The notes beneath the pieces were generated by a model. The model saw nothing but the letters and a program-made list of their open reading frames with translations. It was not told the origin of the DNA and searched no databases. DNA of 57,509 bases from a virus (Duplodnaviria > Caudoviricetes): positions 1-57,509 of the IMG/VR virus record IMGVR_UViG_3300028840_002812, one strand, 5' to 3'. The first letter of the stretch is position 1; every line of letters starts with the position of its first letter. Shown here piece by piece: positions 19,523-28,899 of this stretch. Made by a program: the position numbers and the translations under genes.

Positions 19523-20697
19523 TAATATTTCCACATATAATCCCATTCATTAGATCTATCACCATATTCGTCAAGATGCCACCTATCCCCATCTTTATCA
19601 ACAAAACTCGGTTCATCATGTAATCCATCATTTAAAAATCCAAATGGCGACATATCTTGTTCTATTTGATCTCTTTGATCTTCATATAATCTCTTACGAA
19701 CATCCTGATCAGTAAGTTCTTTGAAATAATCTTGTGCTACTAACCAAGCATAAATTACAAGACACATTGCCAGATCATCATTACAACCTTCTTCCGCTTC
19801 GAAGGAATTGTGTTTTTGTATGAAAGTTGTGAGCTCACTAATTATCTCATAATCATTAAGATATAGTTTATCTTCCTCAATCATCGTCTTGAGATTTAAG
19901 CAACCAATTTTTTTTACTGTTTTGGACATCTTAACTCCAAGTTGAGTTTTCTTTCCAGAAAATCCTTGACCAACTATTTGACCTGCTCTCCCTCTCATAG
20001 AGCACATAAGAAGATTATTATATTCTAAATCATATTGGAGAATTGATGCTACTTGATCTCCTACATCATTTACTTCACATAAGATGTATGCATCATTATA
20101 ACTTTTTGCTACATCGTAAATGACACTTGGAAATAACATTGGTTTAATTTCATTATTTCTATACTTCCCAACAACTTTATGGGGAAATTCGGTAATGTCT
20201 ACTACGGCAAACGCGGAGTAATCACTTCCTACGCCTCTAGCAACGTCTACAGTGATCAAATAGTCGTGTTCTTTGATTGGATCTACATAAACGTCTAAAC
20301 CCGCGCTACGGGTCTTAGGATGGTCATATACGAGAGTTCTAAGCTTGCTTGGGGCAATTAAAGTATCTACGGAACCTAAAAATTCGCAATTGTGTGAGAT
20401 AATATTATTTGAGTAATAAAGATTATCATCCCCAACATCAAGTAGATCATAAAGATATATTCCTTTTTCTACAATTTCATTATATGCAACTTTTTTTCCT
20501 TGTATAATGTCATCTACTTTTATTAAATCTGCCCTTATTTTTTCCACTCCAAAGGAATGTTTATCTGAACATTTTATTTCAGTGCCATCTTCAAAAATTA
20601 TTTGGTGATAAAATGGTTTATAGACTTTTTGAATTCCTGAAAAATATTTAAATCCCGTTGGAGTTTTTACTTGAAACTTTTTATTAAGTTTAAACAT
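19522..20697 (-). CDS. gp17: Terminase large subunit, C-terminal half (nuclease domain), fused behind split-intein IntC
   Basis: 103-aa IntC ending SHN, then CEFLGSVDTLI; nuclease motifs VDVARGVGSDYSAF, EVNDVG and NDDLAM. Confidence 0.95.
   Translation of the reverse strand: MFKLNKKFQVKTPTGFKYFSGIQKVYKPFYHQIIFEDGTEIKCSDKHSFGVEKIRADLIKVDDIIQGKKVAYNEIVEKGIYLYDLLDVGDDNLYYSNNIISHNCEFLGSVDTLIAPSKLRTLVYDHPKTRSAGLDVYVDPIKEHDYLITVDVARGVGSDYSAFAVVDITEFPHKVVGKYRNNEIKPMLFPSVIYDVAKSYNDAYILCEVNDVGDQVASILQYDLEYNNLLMCSMRGRAGQIVGQGFSGKKTQLGVKMSKTVKKIGCLNLKTMIEEDKLYLNDYEIISELTTFIQKHNSFEAEEGCNDDLAMCLVIYAWLVAQDYFKELTDQDVRKRLYEDQRDQIEQDMSPFGFLNDGLHDEPSFVDKDGDRWHLDEYGDRSNEWDYMWKY
20389..20697 (-). mobile_element. 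Split intein C-fragment (IntC, 103 aa)
   Basis: VKTPTGF, block B IKCSDKH (SxxH), block F YLYDL, block G IISHN with Cys+1. Confidence 0.92.
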
Positions 20698-21259
20698 TTT
20701 TCCAACACTCCCCCAAAATAATTTTTTTCATTCCCTGTGGAGTTATACTGTATTTGCCACAATATTCTTTACAAAATGATTGTATGTACGACATTTCTTT
20801 ACCATTTTTCATTATCAAACCAACATTATTCAAATGAGGCTTTTTTTCGTATAAATGTCTTATTTCTTTAATTTGATCATCAGTTATCTTTCTACTAAAA
20901 ACTCTACCTTTTCTTGTAGATTTCATTTTGTTGATTGTCTCTTCGGAAAAACAATTCTTAACATTTTTATTCCAAGGTATATTTCCTCTCTTTACTCCAC
21001 CAATACCACTTCTATCATAATTTTCAAATCCTTCTCCTCCCGTTGATTTATTCCATCCATTTCTATAAGTATTATATTTTTCTATATATCCTATTTCTAA
21101 ATTTTTTGCTTCCAATGCAACATGAATTTGCTCCACCAATTCGAAAGTATGAGGTGGTTTATTTCTCTTATGTTCTCTTTTTCTAGTATCTGGATTTTGA
21201 GTTTGTCCAATATACTGAATTTTGTTATTTAAATCTTTAAGAAAATATATATAATACAT
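20690..21259 (-). CDS. Free-standing GIY-YIG homing endonuclease
   Basis: YIY-x10-YIG, R-x3-H, catalytic Glu, GWN and a NUMOD3-like PWNK...SEETINKM segment; sits between the two gp17 halves. Confidence 0.9.
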   Translation of the reverse strand: MYYIYFLKDLNNKIQYIGQTQNPDTRKREHKRNKPPHTFELVEQIHVALEAKNLEIGYIEKYNTYRNGWNKSTGGEGFENYDRSGIGGVKRGNIPWNKNVKNCFSEETINKMKSTRKGRVFSRKITDDQIKEIRHLYEKKPHLNNVGLIMKNGKEMSYIQSFCKEYCGKYSITPQGMKKIILGECWKNV

Positions 21260-21268
21260 TTTTATTAT

Positions 21269-21276
21269 TATTTATA
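21269..21276 (-). promoter_or_regulatory. T4-type late promoter TATAAATA for the GIY-YIG gene and the gp17 C-half
   Basis: Exact consensus in the 28-bp gap between the gp17 N-half stop and the endonuclease ATG. Confidence 0.7.
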
Positions 21277-21287
21277 ATCCAAGAAAT

Positions 21288-23156
21288 TCACATTCTATCA
21301 TATAAATCTTCCATAGATATTTTACTAATGCTTTCATTATCATCTTGTATTTCTATTAAAGTTTCGCCCCCCAAACATTCAAATTCGACCTTAAATTGCT
21401 GATCACTAGTATTTGCAATAGTTTGTTTTTTCCATTCTTCATCGCGTCCTGGAACTTCGCTCCAGTGAACATCAGTAAAGATATATTCATTTTTACCTTT
21501 TTCTGCATCGTGCCACATTCGGTAGAAATGATTCATACCGTGTGGAGTGGAAACTATAATAACTTTGGTATTCTTACCGGATGTAATCGTTGGATAAACT
21601 GACGCGAAGAATGAATCTGCAATATGATTGGGAACAAAAGCAAATTCGTCCAAAAATAAAATATTGAATGACATACCGCGAACTGCAGAAGCAGAAGTAG
21701 AAGCAGCTAAGATCTTACTTCCATTCTCCAATTCGAGAGATCCTTTATTCCAAGATATAATACCTTGTTGCATCCACTTTGGTAGATTTTCATACGCAGT
21801 CTGAAGTCTATCTAAAAGTTCTCTTGCAGTTGCTGCTTTGTTTGCGAGAATACCAATATTTACGTTATCGTTAAAAACTGCATAATGAAGTAAATATGCA
21901 ACAACAGTGGTTGAATTATGCGTCGGTATAAAGGTTTTTCCACATAAAAATAAATGATTATCACTATCGACTTGGATACAAGCAACTGGAACACTATCAA
22001 TTTTTTCTATTTTATGAATATAGTGCCTATCTTCCTGAGGTCTAATAGATCTTTGTGAGTCGCAAACATCAATTTTTCTTGGAAGATTGAAAACTTTATG
22101 TTTTGTCGTAAAAGATACTGTATGATAATAATTATCTTTTATTTTTTTATGCCTTATGTTTGATTTGATACCCAAACTTGACAATAATTCCACAAATTGT
22201 AATATAAACTCATAATTTTTTTGATAAAATTCATAAGATCTCGTATTTCTTTTTACAGATCCATCAGTATCCATTAATCCACGAAGAAGTTCCATTCGGT
22301 CATCAATTGATGATCTTAAATACTCTATTGGAATATGTTTATTTTTTAAAAGATTATATGATTTTAGATTTAAATATAAGTCTCTAACCTTAAATCTAAT
22401 ACAGTTATTAGTATCTCTTTCATATTCTACATCTATTTTTGTTTTGTAAAAATTAAAATCATCTTTATGTGATATTATTCTCCCATCTGCAGAATACCCA
22501 TCCCCCAACCAAACTCCCAAAAGATAGGGATCAATATTTAAATTATTTTTTGTAAATTTGACTGGTTTTGATTTGTGGACAAATAAAGAACCTTCAACAC
22601 CTTTTCCTCTTTTATTATTTGTTTTTGTTTTATAAATTTCGTAAATTTGTTTTGAAGTTATAACTTTTTTATTAGTTCTCCAATAAGAACTATCAACTTC
22701 CCATAGATGCTCGGCATCTGCAATTATTTCTTCGCCGTTATCAAAATATAATTTATAACAATCATGATTGTGCATGATCTCAGTTTTCATTGTTATTGAA
22801 ACATTATTGCCATCAGGAGAAAGAATAATATCTCCAACCTTAAGATCTCCCATTGTCGTCCAACCCTCTGGCGTTGGAATTGGAGTATCTAAGGATAAGG
22901 CTTTGCCCGTCTGCCTGGGCATCTTACAAATATTAAATCTGTGCTTATGGAAATTTTTAATTAATTTTTCTTGAAAATTGTAAGGTTGGAAGTTTTTTAA
23001 ACCATAATCAAGAGTAACAATTTTTACGTAATTTTTAGCAAAATAAACCGGATCATCCTGACATTTAACAAACTCAAGAATTTGTTCTTCAGTAAATTCA
23101 ATCGGCGTATTTGCCTTTTTTAAGAGCGGATTTCCTAAATAGACATCATTTGACAT
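21288..23156 (-). CDS. gp17: Terminase large subunit, N-terminal half (ATPase), with a contiguous intein and a C-terminal IntN
   Basis: YLGNPLLK start; Walker A RQTGK/ST split by the intein; Walker B ILFLDEFAF; STPHG; ends FKVEFE followed by a 29-aa IntN. Confidence 0.95.
   Translation of the reverse strand: MSNDVYLGNPLLKKANTPIEFTEEQILEFVKCQDDPVYFAKNYVKIVTLDYGLKNFQPYNFQEKLIKNFHKHRFNICKMPRQTGKALSLDTPIPTPEGWTTMGDLKVGDIILSPDGNNVSITMKTEIMHNHDCYKLYFDNGEEIIADAEHLWEVDSSYWRTNKKVITSKQIYEIYKTKTNNKRGKGVEGSLFVHKSKPVKFTKNNLNIDPYLLGVWLGDGYSADGRIISHKDDFNFYKTKIDVEYERDTNNCIRFKVRDLYLNLKSYNLLKNKHIPIEYLRSSIDDRMELLRGLMDTDGSVKRNTRSYEFYQKNYEFILQFVELLSSLGIKSNIRHKKIKDNYYHTVSFTTKHKVFNLPRKIDVCDSQRSIRPQEDRHYIHKIEKIDSVPVACIQVDSDNHLFLCGKTFIPTHNSTTVVAYLLHYAVFNDNVNIGILANKAATARELLDRLQTAYENLPKWMQQGIISWNKGSLELENGSKILAASTSASAVRGMSFNILFLDEFAFVPNHIADSFFASVYPTITSGKNTKVIIVSTPHGMNHFYRMWHDAEKGKNEYIFTDVHWSEVPGRDEEWKKQTIANTSDQQFKVEFECLGGETLIEIQDDNESISKISMEDLYDRM
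21291..21377 (-). mobile_element. Split intein N-fragment (IntN, 29 aa)
   Basis: CLGGETLIEIQDDNESISKISMEDLYDRM: block A starting with Cys1, then a stop codon. Confidence 0.9.
21915..22901 (-). mobile_element. Contiguous class-3 intein (329 aa) with LAGLIDADG endonuclease
   Basis: Ala1 (ALSLDTPIPTPEGW); HLW, VACIQV and PTHN/S give the W-C-T triplet; YLLGVWLGDG and LLRGLMDTDG motifs. Confidence 0.92.
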
Positions 23157-23173
23157 AATAAACTCCTTTTATA

Positions 23174-25081
23174 TCAACAGTTCCAAGCTCTAAGTGATTT
23201 ATTAATTCTGGAATCCGGATCGTTTGCAGTTTTTGCTGAAGTTAATTTTTTCTTCATGCCTTTCATGCGAGCACAGAAAGAATTTCTGCGCGTTCCACCT
23301 TCTGGTTGAGGTCTTTTTAAATCACTGCCAGGATTCTCTCTTTCATAGGACTTACGACCCTTTTCATTTAAACCACCAGATTCCGACTTTCCTTCTTTCC
23401 TTTGCCAAGCAGCAACCTCTTCTATTTTTTCTTCTCCAATTGTTCGATTATTGAGAAGATAATTCTTTGATTTTGAATTTATGACTTGAATCAATGGCAT
23501 TCCTGGTCGAATATCCGAAACATTATATTGAAGAACTTGTGCCCCCGGATATACTTTTTGAATTTCGAAAGTCACATCTTTTCTGGATGGCATTCCTACT
23601 TGAGGAAAGAACATTCTAATAGAATATGTCTTTCCTCTCCAAGAAAGAATTGCTACAATAACATTACCAGTTTCTGACTGGAGACGAGTTGCCTCTTCAA
23701 TTTGAGATTTAAAACCTTTGATTGGTTCTGGTTGAATCAAATCAACAACCTCAGCAAAAGTATTACCCTCAGCATCTTCAATTGTTACATCCTCTGCTTT
23801 TACACACCTGTTATATTTTTTACCAAAAAGTTTTTGAGTTCCTTTCTTCTTATACCCAGGCCAACATTTCATTTCGTCCATAATTTTTTCAACTAACTTT
23901 TGTTCCACCATTTCACCACTTGTCACATAATCTGCAGCAGTGTCAATGTAATCCGCTGCCTTCGTGATCTTTGATTGAACCCACGCTTCTAAATCGCCTT
24001 CACCCTTACCGACCTTTTGTTCTAATCTCTTAAGTGCATTGTGAATGGTTTTTAATTCTGATCTTGCCATCGAGTACTCTTCATCCTTTACTGAAACTTT
24101 ATCCCATGCTTTTTCTCCATAGGAACATTGGGATCTTGTCTCTCTTTTGTTGCATAAAGGACAGTATCTTTCTTCTTCGTGCATAGTTGCCTCCGATTTA
24201 GTTCCCCATTTATCTGCACCAACTTTACGACATTTAACAAGTGCTCCTGATGCATATGCACTAGGCCAAACATCATAACGAGACTTTACTTTATGATAGC
24301 AAGCATCTTTTTTTCCAGACTTTTTCTTTTCTTGTAATTCCATCTCTTCGGTTCTTACATTGGTTGGTTTTGCTGAGTTATTTTTTTGTGGTTGATTTGG
24401 ATCTTTTCTATTCTTTCTTTCAAATGCTTCATCCTCTTCTTCTGGAGAAAGATTTGATGCCATTTTAGAACTTCCACATTTTGGGGTTGAAGTTTGTCCC
24501 GGTTGCCGTGCGCAAGGAGCACCAGCAAATGGACCTCCAAGTTGGCGCCATCCCTTTACATTTTTTCCAGTTTTGGGATCTGTTCCGCTAGATTTTTTGA
24601 ACCAATCGCGAAGACCTTCATCTCCGGATTTGGTTTCTTCTTTTAAATTTTTAATCCATTCATCTGGTGTTTTATCATGCTTCCTTACAAAAGAATTATG
24701 AAGTTGTTCAGCAGTCATATCATTTTTTTCCATAATATTGCGCATTAGATTATCAATTGATTGATAAGAAATATCACTTAATTTCTTAAGACCAATCTCC
24801 AGTTCTTTAGTAGCGTCTTCTTCACATCCACAGTGCTCTTTCACATCTTTAAATTTTTTATGATGTCTTTTAGCGTCTGCTTCCATCTTTTTCAAACGTG
24901 TATAATAATCTGGAATTTCATCAAGATGTTGAAGAGCAATATCCATTGCTAAATTGTGATCTTTTGTATGCTCATGTTCAATAGGTTCTCCCATATCAAG
25001 TTGCTTTTGTATGAAAGAAACATCCATTCGATGCTTCCTTGCAATTTGTTCAACCGTCTTATGAGATTTAAATTTATTCAT
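23174..25081 (-). CDS. Modular charged protein between gp16 and gp17 (probable internal head protein)
   Basis: Modules EHEHT...HLDEIPDYYTRL, KKDACYHKVKSRYDVWPSAYASG, CWPGYKKKG and AAWQRKEGK...SFCARM...RAWNC. Confidence 0.7.
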   Translation of the reverse strand: MNKFKSHKTVEQIARKHRMDVSFIQKQLDMGEPIEHEHTKDHNLAMDIALQHLDEIPDYYTRLKKMEADAKRHHKKFKDVKEHCGCEEDATKELEIGLKKLSDISYQSIDNLMRNIMEKNDMTAEQLHNSFVRKHDKTPDEWIKNLKEETKSGDEGLRDWFKKSSGTDPKTGKNVKGWRQLGGPFAGAPCARQPGQTSTPKCGSSKMASNLSPEEEDEAFERKNRKDPNQPQKNNSAKPTNVRTEEMELQEKKKSGKKDACYHKVKSRYDVWPSAYASGALVKCRKVGADKWGTKSEATMHEEERYCPLCNKRETRSQCSYGEKAWDKVSVKDEEYSMARSELKTIHNALKRLEQKVGKGEGDLEAWVQSKITKAADYIDTAADYVTSGEMVEQKLVEKIMDEMKCWPGYKKKGTQKLFGKKYNRCVKAEDVTIEDAEGNTFAEVVDLIQPEPIKGFKSQIEEATRLQSETGNVIVAILSWRGKTYSIRMFFPQVGMPSRKDVTFEIQKVYPGAQVLQYNVSDIRPGMPLIQVINSKSKNYLLNNRTIGEEKIEEVAAWQRKEGKSESGGLNEKGRKSYERENPGSDLKRPQPEGGTRRNSFCARMKGMKKKLTSAKTANDPDSRINKSLRAWNC

Positions 25082-25105
25082 TAGTTAAACGAACCCTTGA
25101 TTTAT

Positions 25106-25534
25106 TTATTGTTCTAATTGATTTTGAGATTGTTGCTTTAAAAGTTTTGCCAATTCTGTAGTAGAACCGACAAAAAGAGCATTATTAACTGTTGTTGGTC
25201 CTTTTGGAATGTCCTCTTCTATATCTTTTTTTATTTTATGTAGTGCCATAAGTTTTTCTGTCGTTTCAGTGGTAGTTTTAATTAACTGCCCAAGAACCTC
25301 ATATGCCCTAGGCATTTCACTTTCTTGTGCCAATTCTAACATTCCGTTAATTGCTTCTTGTCCCTTCTCCACTAAAGAATATAAATTGCCTCTTGCATAA
25401 TCATAATCTTTTTTAATATCATCAGCATCTGAAGTATATTTTTGTATTTTTTCAGCAACTTTTTCTTCCTCGACCGGAACTATTTCCGCATCTACATTGA
25501 ATGTTTCGTTTAATTTGTCAAATTTTTTTACCAT
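25106..25534 (-). CDS. gp16: Terminase small subunit
   Basis: DYDYARGNL, PRAYEV and NNALFVGSTTEL motifs. Confidence 0.93.
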   Translation of the reverse strand: MVKKFDKLNETFNVDAEIVPVEEEKVAEKIQKYTSDADDIKKDYDYARGNLYSLVEKGQEAINGMLELAQESEMPRAYEVLGQLIKTTTETTEKLMALHKIKKDIEEDIPKGPTTVNNALFVGSTTELAKLLKQQSQNQLEQ

Positions 25535-25547
25535 TTTTTATACTCTA

Positions 25548-26549
25548 TCAAAATGTAGAACCACTAAATCCGAAATCATCTCCAGTTTCTATAAGTCGAT
25601 TATCGGTACTTGTGATTGACTTGATTGCCGCCCCTGCTAGGTGTGAAGTAATTGATGTCCCATCTTTTCCTCTTTCGACAGTAAGTACATTTCCCGATAT
25701 AAGTTTTACAAGTATCTCTTCCCCTTCAATATCAAGATATGTATTTGGTAAAATTGAAGTTGTATCATTTACCGTAATTAGTGTATCCTCGGTACTAATA
25801 TCATTTGTTATATTTGTTACGACAATTCCTGTATAATTTTTAATTGCTCTTGGTTCTGCAGAATAAACCACCTCCCTAGTTGGAGTATTTGTAGTATCTC
25901 CAGTAATATAACTGATAGTAGTTTTTTTGATGATATCTTTTGATGCGGAAGATGTCGGGCCGAACAAGTAAGTTTTTACGGTAAATCTTAATGTATAAAT
26001 TAAAACTCTTCTGGTTGTGAAATCACCCTCATAATCATCTTGCATTGTGATGTTCTCTAGAATTACAGGAACATCTCTTTTTTCATTAATTTCATCTATT
26101 AATTCAACAGTCATTGTATATGCTGGTTGGAAGTATGGTAAAATTTGTTCTATAATTTGAAGAGCATCGTCATTTAATTTTGACATAATGCTGACCTCAA
26201 ATTGCAAATTATACGGAACCGGCAAATAAACTTTTTTTGTTTCCCTTCCGTCAGTTATTGACTTTGTAGTAAAAGTTTGAGTTGTGGTGGATTTTCTTGT
26301 TGAATCATATGTTAAACCAGTAAATTCAAATGACATTCTCGGTAATGTAATTTGAATTGGTTTGTTTAAATCTGGTGATTGATTAAGTCTTGCAAGAAAT
26401 TTTTGAGTTGGTCCATATGAAAAAGGAACTTTAATCACGCTTACCACGTCATTAGAGTTATTTTTGTGTTTAATAGTAATAGTATTAAACAAAGAACCAA
26501 ACGAAACTATAGTATTTCGTAAAATTTCGTGATAGAAGTATTCAAACAT
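25548..26549 (-). CDS. gp15: Tail sheath stabilizer / completion protein
   Basis: FGSLFN, LPRMSFE and LQIIEQILPYFQP motifs. Confidence 0.93.
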   Translation of the reverse strand: MFEYFYHEILRNTIVSFGSLFNTITIKHKNNSNDVVSVIKVPFSYGPTQKFLARLNQSPDLNKPIQITLPRMSFEFTGLTYDSTRKSTTTQTFTTKSITDGRETKKVYLPVPYNLQFEVSIMSKLNDDALQIIEQILPYFQPAYTMTVELIDEINEKRDVPVILENITMQDDYEGDFTTRRVLIYTLRFTVKTYLFGPTSSASKDIIKKTTISYITGDTTNTPTREVVYSAEPRAIKNYTGIVVTNITNDISTEDTLITVNDTTSILPNTYLDIEGEEILVKLISGNVLTVERGKDGTSITSHLAGAAIKSITSTDNRLIETGDDFGFSGSTF

Positions 26550-26611
26550 ATGATTTAATTTATAATACTATTATTTAATCGATTAATAATAAATATTTAT
26601 CTATCTATAAG

Positions 26612-28024
26612 TTATGGCATACCAAAAGGATTATTTTCACTAAAATCTATGATTGTATCTGCTTCATCTTCAATTTCTTCATTTGCAGCATAACCATCCT
26701 TTACTGCATAAACATTAATTGATCTCAAATAGTGAGATGCACTTGACGAACTTCCAACTATATTTTCTCCAGTAATGAACTCGCCCGTAACTTTAGATAC
26801 TTGAAGGACATTTGTAATAGAACTCCAAGATTTAACTCTTGCAGTTACACCACTTTGAGTTCCGGTTACGAGTTCATTGAATATAAAATTACCAGTCGAA
26901 TTTAAAGATGGATTTCCAATTATAATTCCTGGTGGTAGTGTATAACCAAGACCCGCATTCGTAATACGAATTGAAGTAATTGTTCCTGCAGTTGAGACTT
27001 TTGCAGTTGCGGCAGCAGAAATGGTGGATATTCCAGTAAAAATAATAGTAGGAGCATTTACATATCCTGAACCTACATTTGTTAGTGTAATAATACCGAC
27101 TATACCGTCTCCTAACGTTGCAGTAGCAGTTGCGCCATTTCCGCCCCCACCAATAAATCTTACTCCAGGTGTTATTGTATACCCAAACCCAGCATTTGTT
27201 AATGAAACACTTTGAACTGATTGAGCCTTCGGATTTGTATTGTCATTACATACGACAATACCACCAATCATATCTGCAATAGCACTTGCAGTTCCTCCGC
27301 CCACAGGAGCAGAAGAAATGCCAACTGTCGGAACATTAGTGTACCCCCCACCTCTATTTGTAACAGTAATAAATCTTATACCGCCATTTACAATTGAAGC
27401 AGATGCAGTTGCAGTAATACCTACTCCAATCATAGTAAGATTCGTTAGATTGCCTACCGCAATTTGATCTGGTTTTGATGAGTCTTCTCCACTAATATTA
27501 TCATCAATTTCGCCAATTCCGGTATCGATAAGTTCATCCTCGTATCTAAAGAGTTCACATCTTAACTCATATGTATATAATCCTTGAAGTTGATAAAAAG
27601 GTTTTTCGTGCTCAACGTACTTAATTTCGAATAAACGATCTCCGAGAGGAAAATAAATTAAATCCCCCTCTTTAGGTCTAGATGATAATTTGATGTCAGA
27701 TTGATTTTTAATCAATGGTGAAATATAATTTTTAAATCTTTCTCTCGAAATTACTAGAGTAATTTCATTTAATGCTTGAATTCCAAATTTTGATAAAATG
27801 GTTGGATTATTTCCATATCCTTCAACAGTATCGACATATGCTTCTATAGGATAAGCATTATTGAATTCTGATTCTATAACTTCTTTTATGACTGTTTTTT
27901 CCGTAATGTATTGGCGAGGTAGATAATAAACTTCTACACCGTACATTCTTAATTGCTCATTGATTAAATCTTGGATTAATCCTTGTTCTGCTTTAGACCC
28001 CTGAAGAAAAAATGGATTTAACAT
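26612..28024 (-). CDS. gp14: Neck protein with inserted Gly-rich beta-repeats
   Basis: Likely start ATG 28024 (MLNPFF); RPKEGDLIYFP and FEIKYVEHEKPFYQL; ends FSENNPFG. Confidence 0.92.
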   Translation of the reverse strand: MLNPFFLQGSKAEQGLIQDLINEQLRMYGVEVYYLPRQYITEKTVIKEVIESEFNNAYPIEAYVDTVEGYGNNPTILSKFGIQALNEITLVISRERFKNYISPLIKNQSDIKLSSRPKEGDLIYFPLGDRLFEIKYVEHEKPFYQLQGLYTYELRCELFRYEDELIDTGIGEIDDNISGEDSSKPDQIAVGNLTNLTMIGVGITATASASIVNGGIRFITVTNRGGGYTNVPTVGISSAPVGGGTASAIADMIGGIVVCNDNTNPKAQSVQSVSLTNAGFGYTITPGVRFIGGGGNGATATATLGDGIVGIITLTNVGSGYVNAPTIIFTGISTISAAATAKVSTAGTITSIRITNAGLGYTLPPGIIIGNPSLNSTGNFIFNELVTGTQSGVTARVKSWSSITNVLQVSKVTGEFITGENIVGSSSSASHYLRSINVYAVKDGYAANEEIEDEADTIIDFSENNPFGMP

Positions 28025-28028
28025 ATTT

Positions 28029-28874
28029 TCAACCAATCATATCATAGGGAGGAAGTTCATAAGTATTGGACATTTTTTCCATTAAAACATCAATTTCTCT
28101 TTGAGCATCATCGTACATTTGTCTTCCATTTAACTCAACACCACCAGGAAGTTTAACTCCAGTAAATTTCATCATATTTTGGCCCCATTGCCTTTTAATC
28201 AATGAAGTTAAGTATGGTTTAATAAAGGAATCATTCCAAACTCTCGAATAATCATTCGGATCTAAAGTTGAATAACAATCTATGATGACGTATTGACCAT
28301 TTCTTAAAGATGACCAATCGACATCAAGATATAGTCTATCTTGTCTTTTATTGAAACGTATTTGTTTTTGTGTATTTAAAAGAAAATCCAAATCTTCCAG
28401 GTATGTTTTAACCATTGCATAACTAAGAAGTTCTGTTGTTCCCCAATAGTAGATATCATTTAGAAATAATTGATACTTAACACTAAACATACTGCTAGTG
28501 ATGGTATTTGCACCATCAAACATAAAAATTTTATTGATTCCAATTACATTTGGGGGAACTTGTAAATAATTGCTATTTTCAAAATAAGTAAATGTGGTAG
28601 CAGTACCGACTATGTTTGTAGTTACTGATGTGGACGCTATACCTACGGATCCTCCACTATATCCTGCTCTACCACGTTCAATATCATTTTGTGTAATTTT
28701 GTACTTATAAAATGTAGGATATACGCCATCAAAATGTCTTTCTTGGAAAAACTGGACAGCATCATCTACTAAATCTTCGATTTGCTCATCAGCAACATTA
28801 ATCTCTAATACTGGAGCACCCAATTTTCTTTTACAATATTCTATAAGTTCTTGCCTAGAAGATGGTTGTGCCAT
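28029..28874 (-). CDS. gp13: Neck protein
   Basis: LGAPVLEINV and KRQWGQNMMKFTGVKLPGGVELNG motifs. Confidence 0.95.
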   Translation of the reverse strand: MAQPSSRQELIEYCKRKLGAPVLEINVADEQIEDLVDDAVQFFQERHFDGVYPTFYKYKITQNDIERGRAGYSGGSVGIASTSVTTNIVGTATTFTYFENSNYLQVPPNVIGINKIFMFDGANTITSSMFSVKYQLFLNDIYYWGTTELLSYAMVKTYLEDLDFLLNTQKQIRFNKRQDRLYLDVDWSSLRNGQYVIIDCYSTLDPNDYSRVWNDSFIKPYLTSLIKRQWGQNMMKFTGVKLPGGVELNGRQMYDDAQREIDVLMEKMSNTYELPPYDMIG

Positions 28875-28899
28875 TTGTGCTATCCTCCAATAATAATAT

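Noticed and set aside
19522-23156. gp17 as a pseudogene or interrupted by a group I intron
   Set aside because: Both halves keep their catalytic motifs and carry complementary intein blocks. Only 28 non-coding nt lie between the halves, too few for a ribozyme core.
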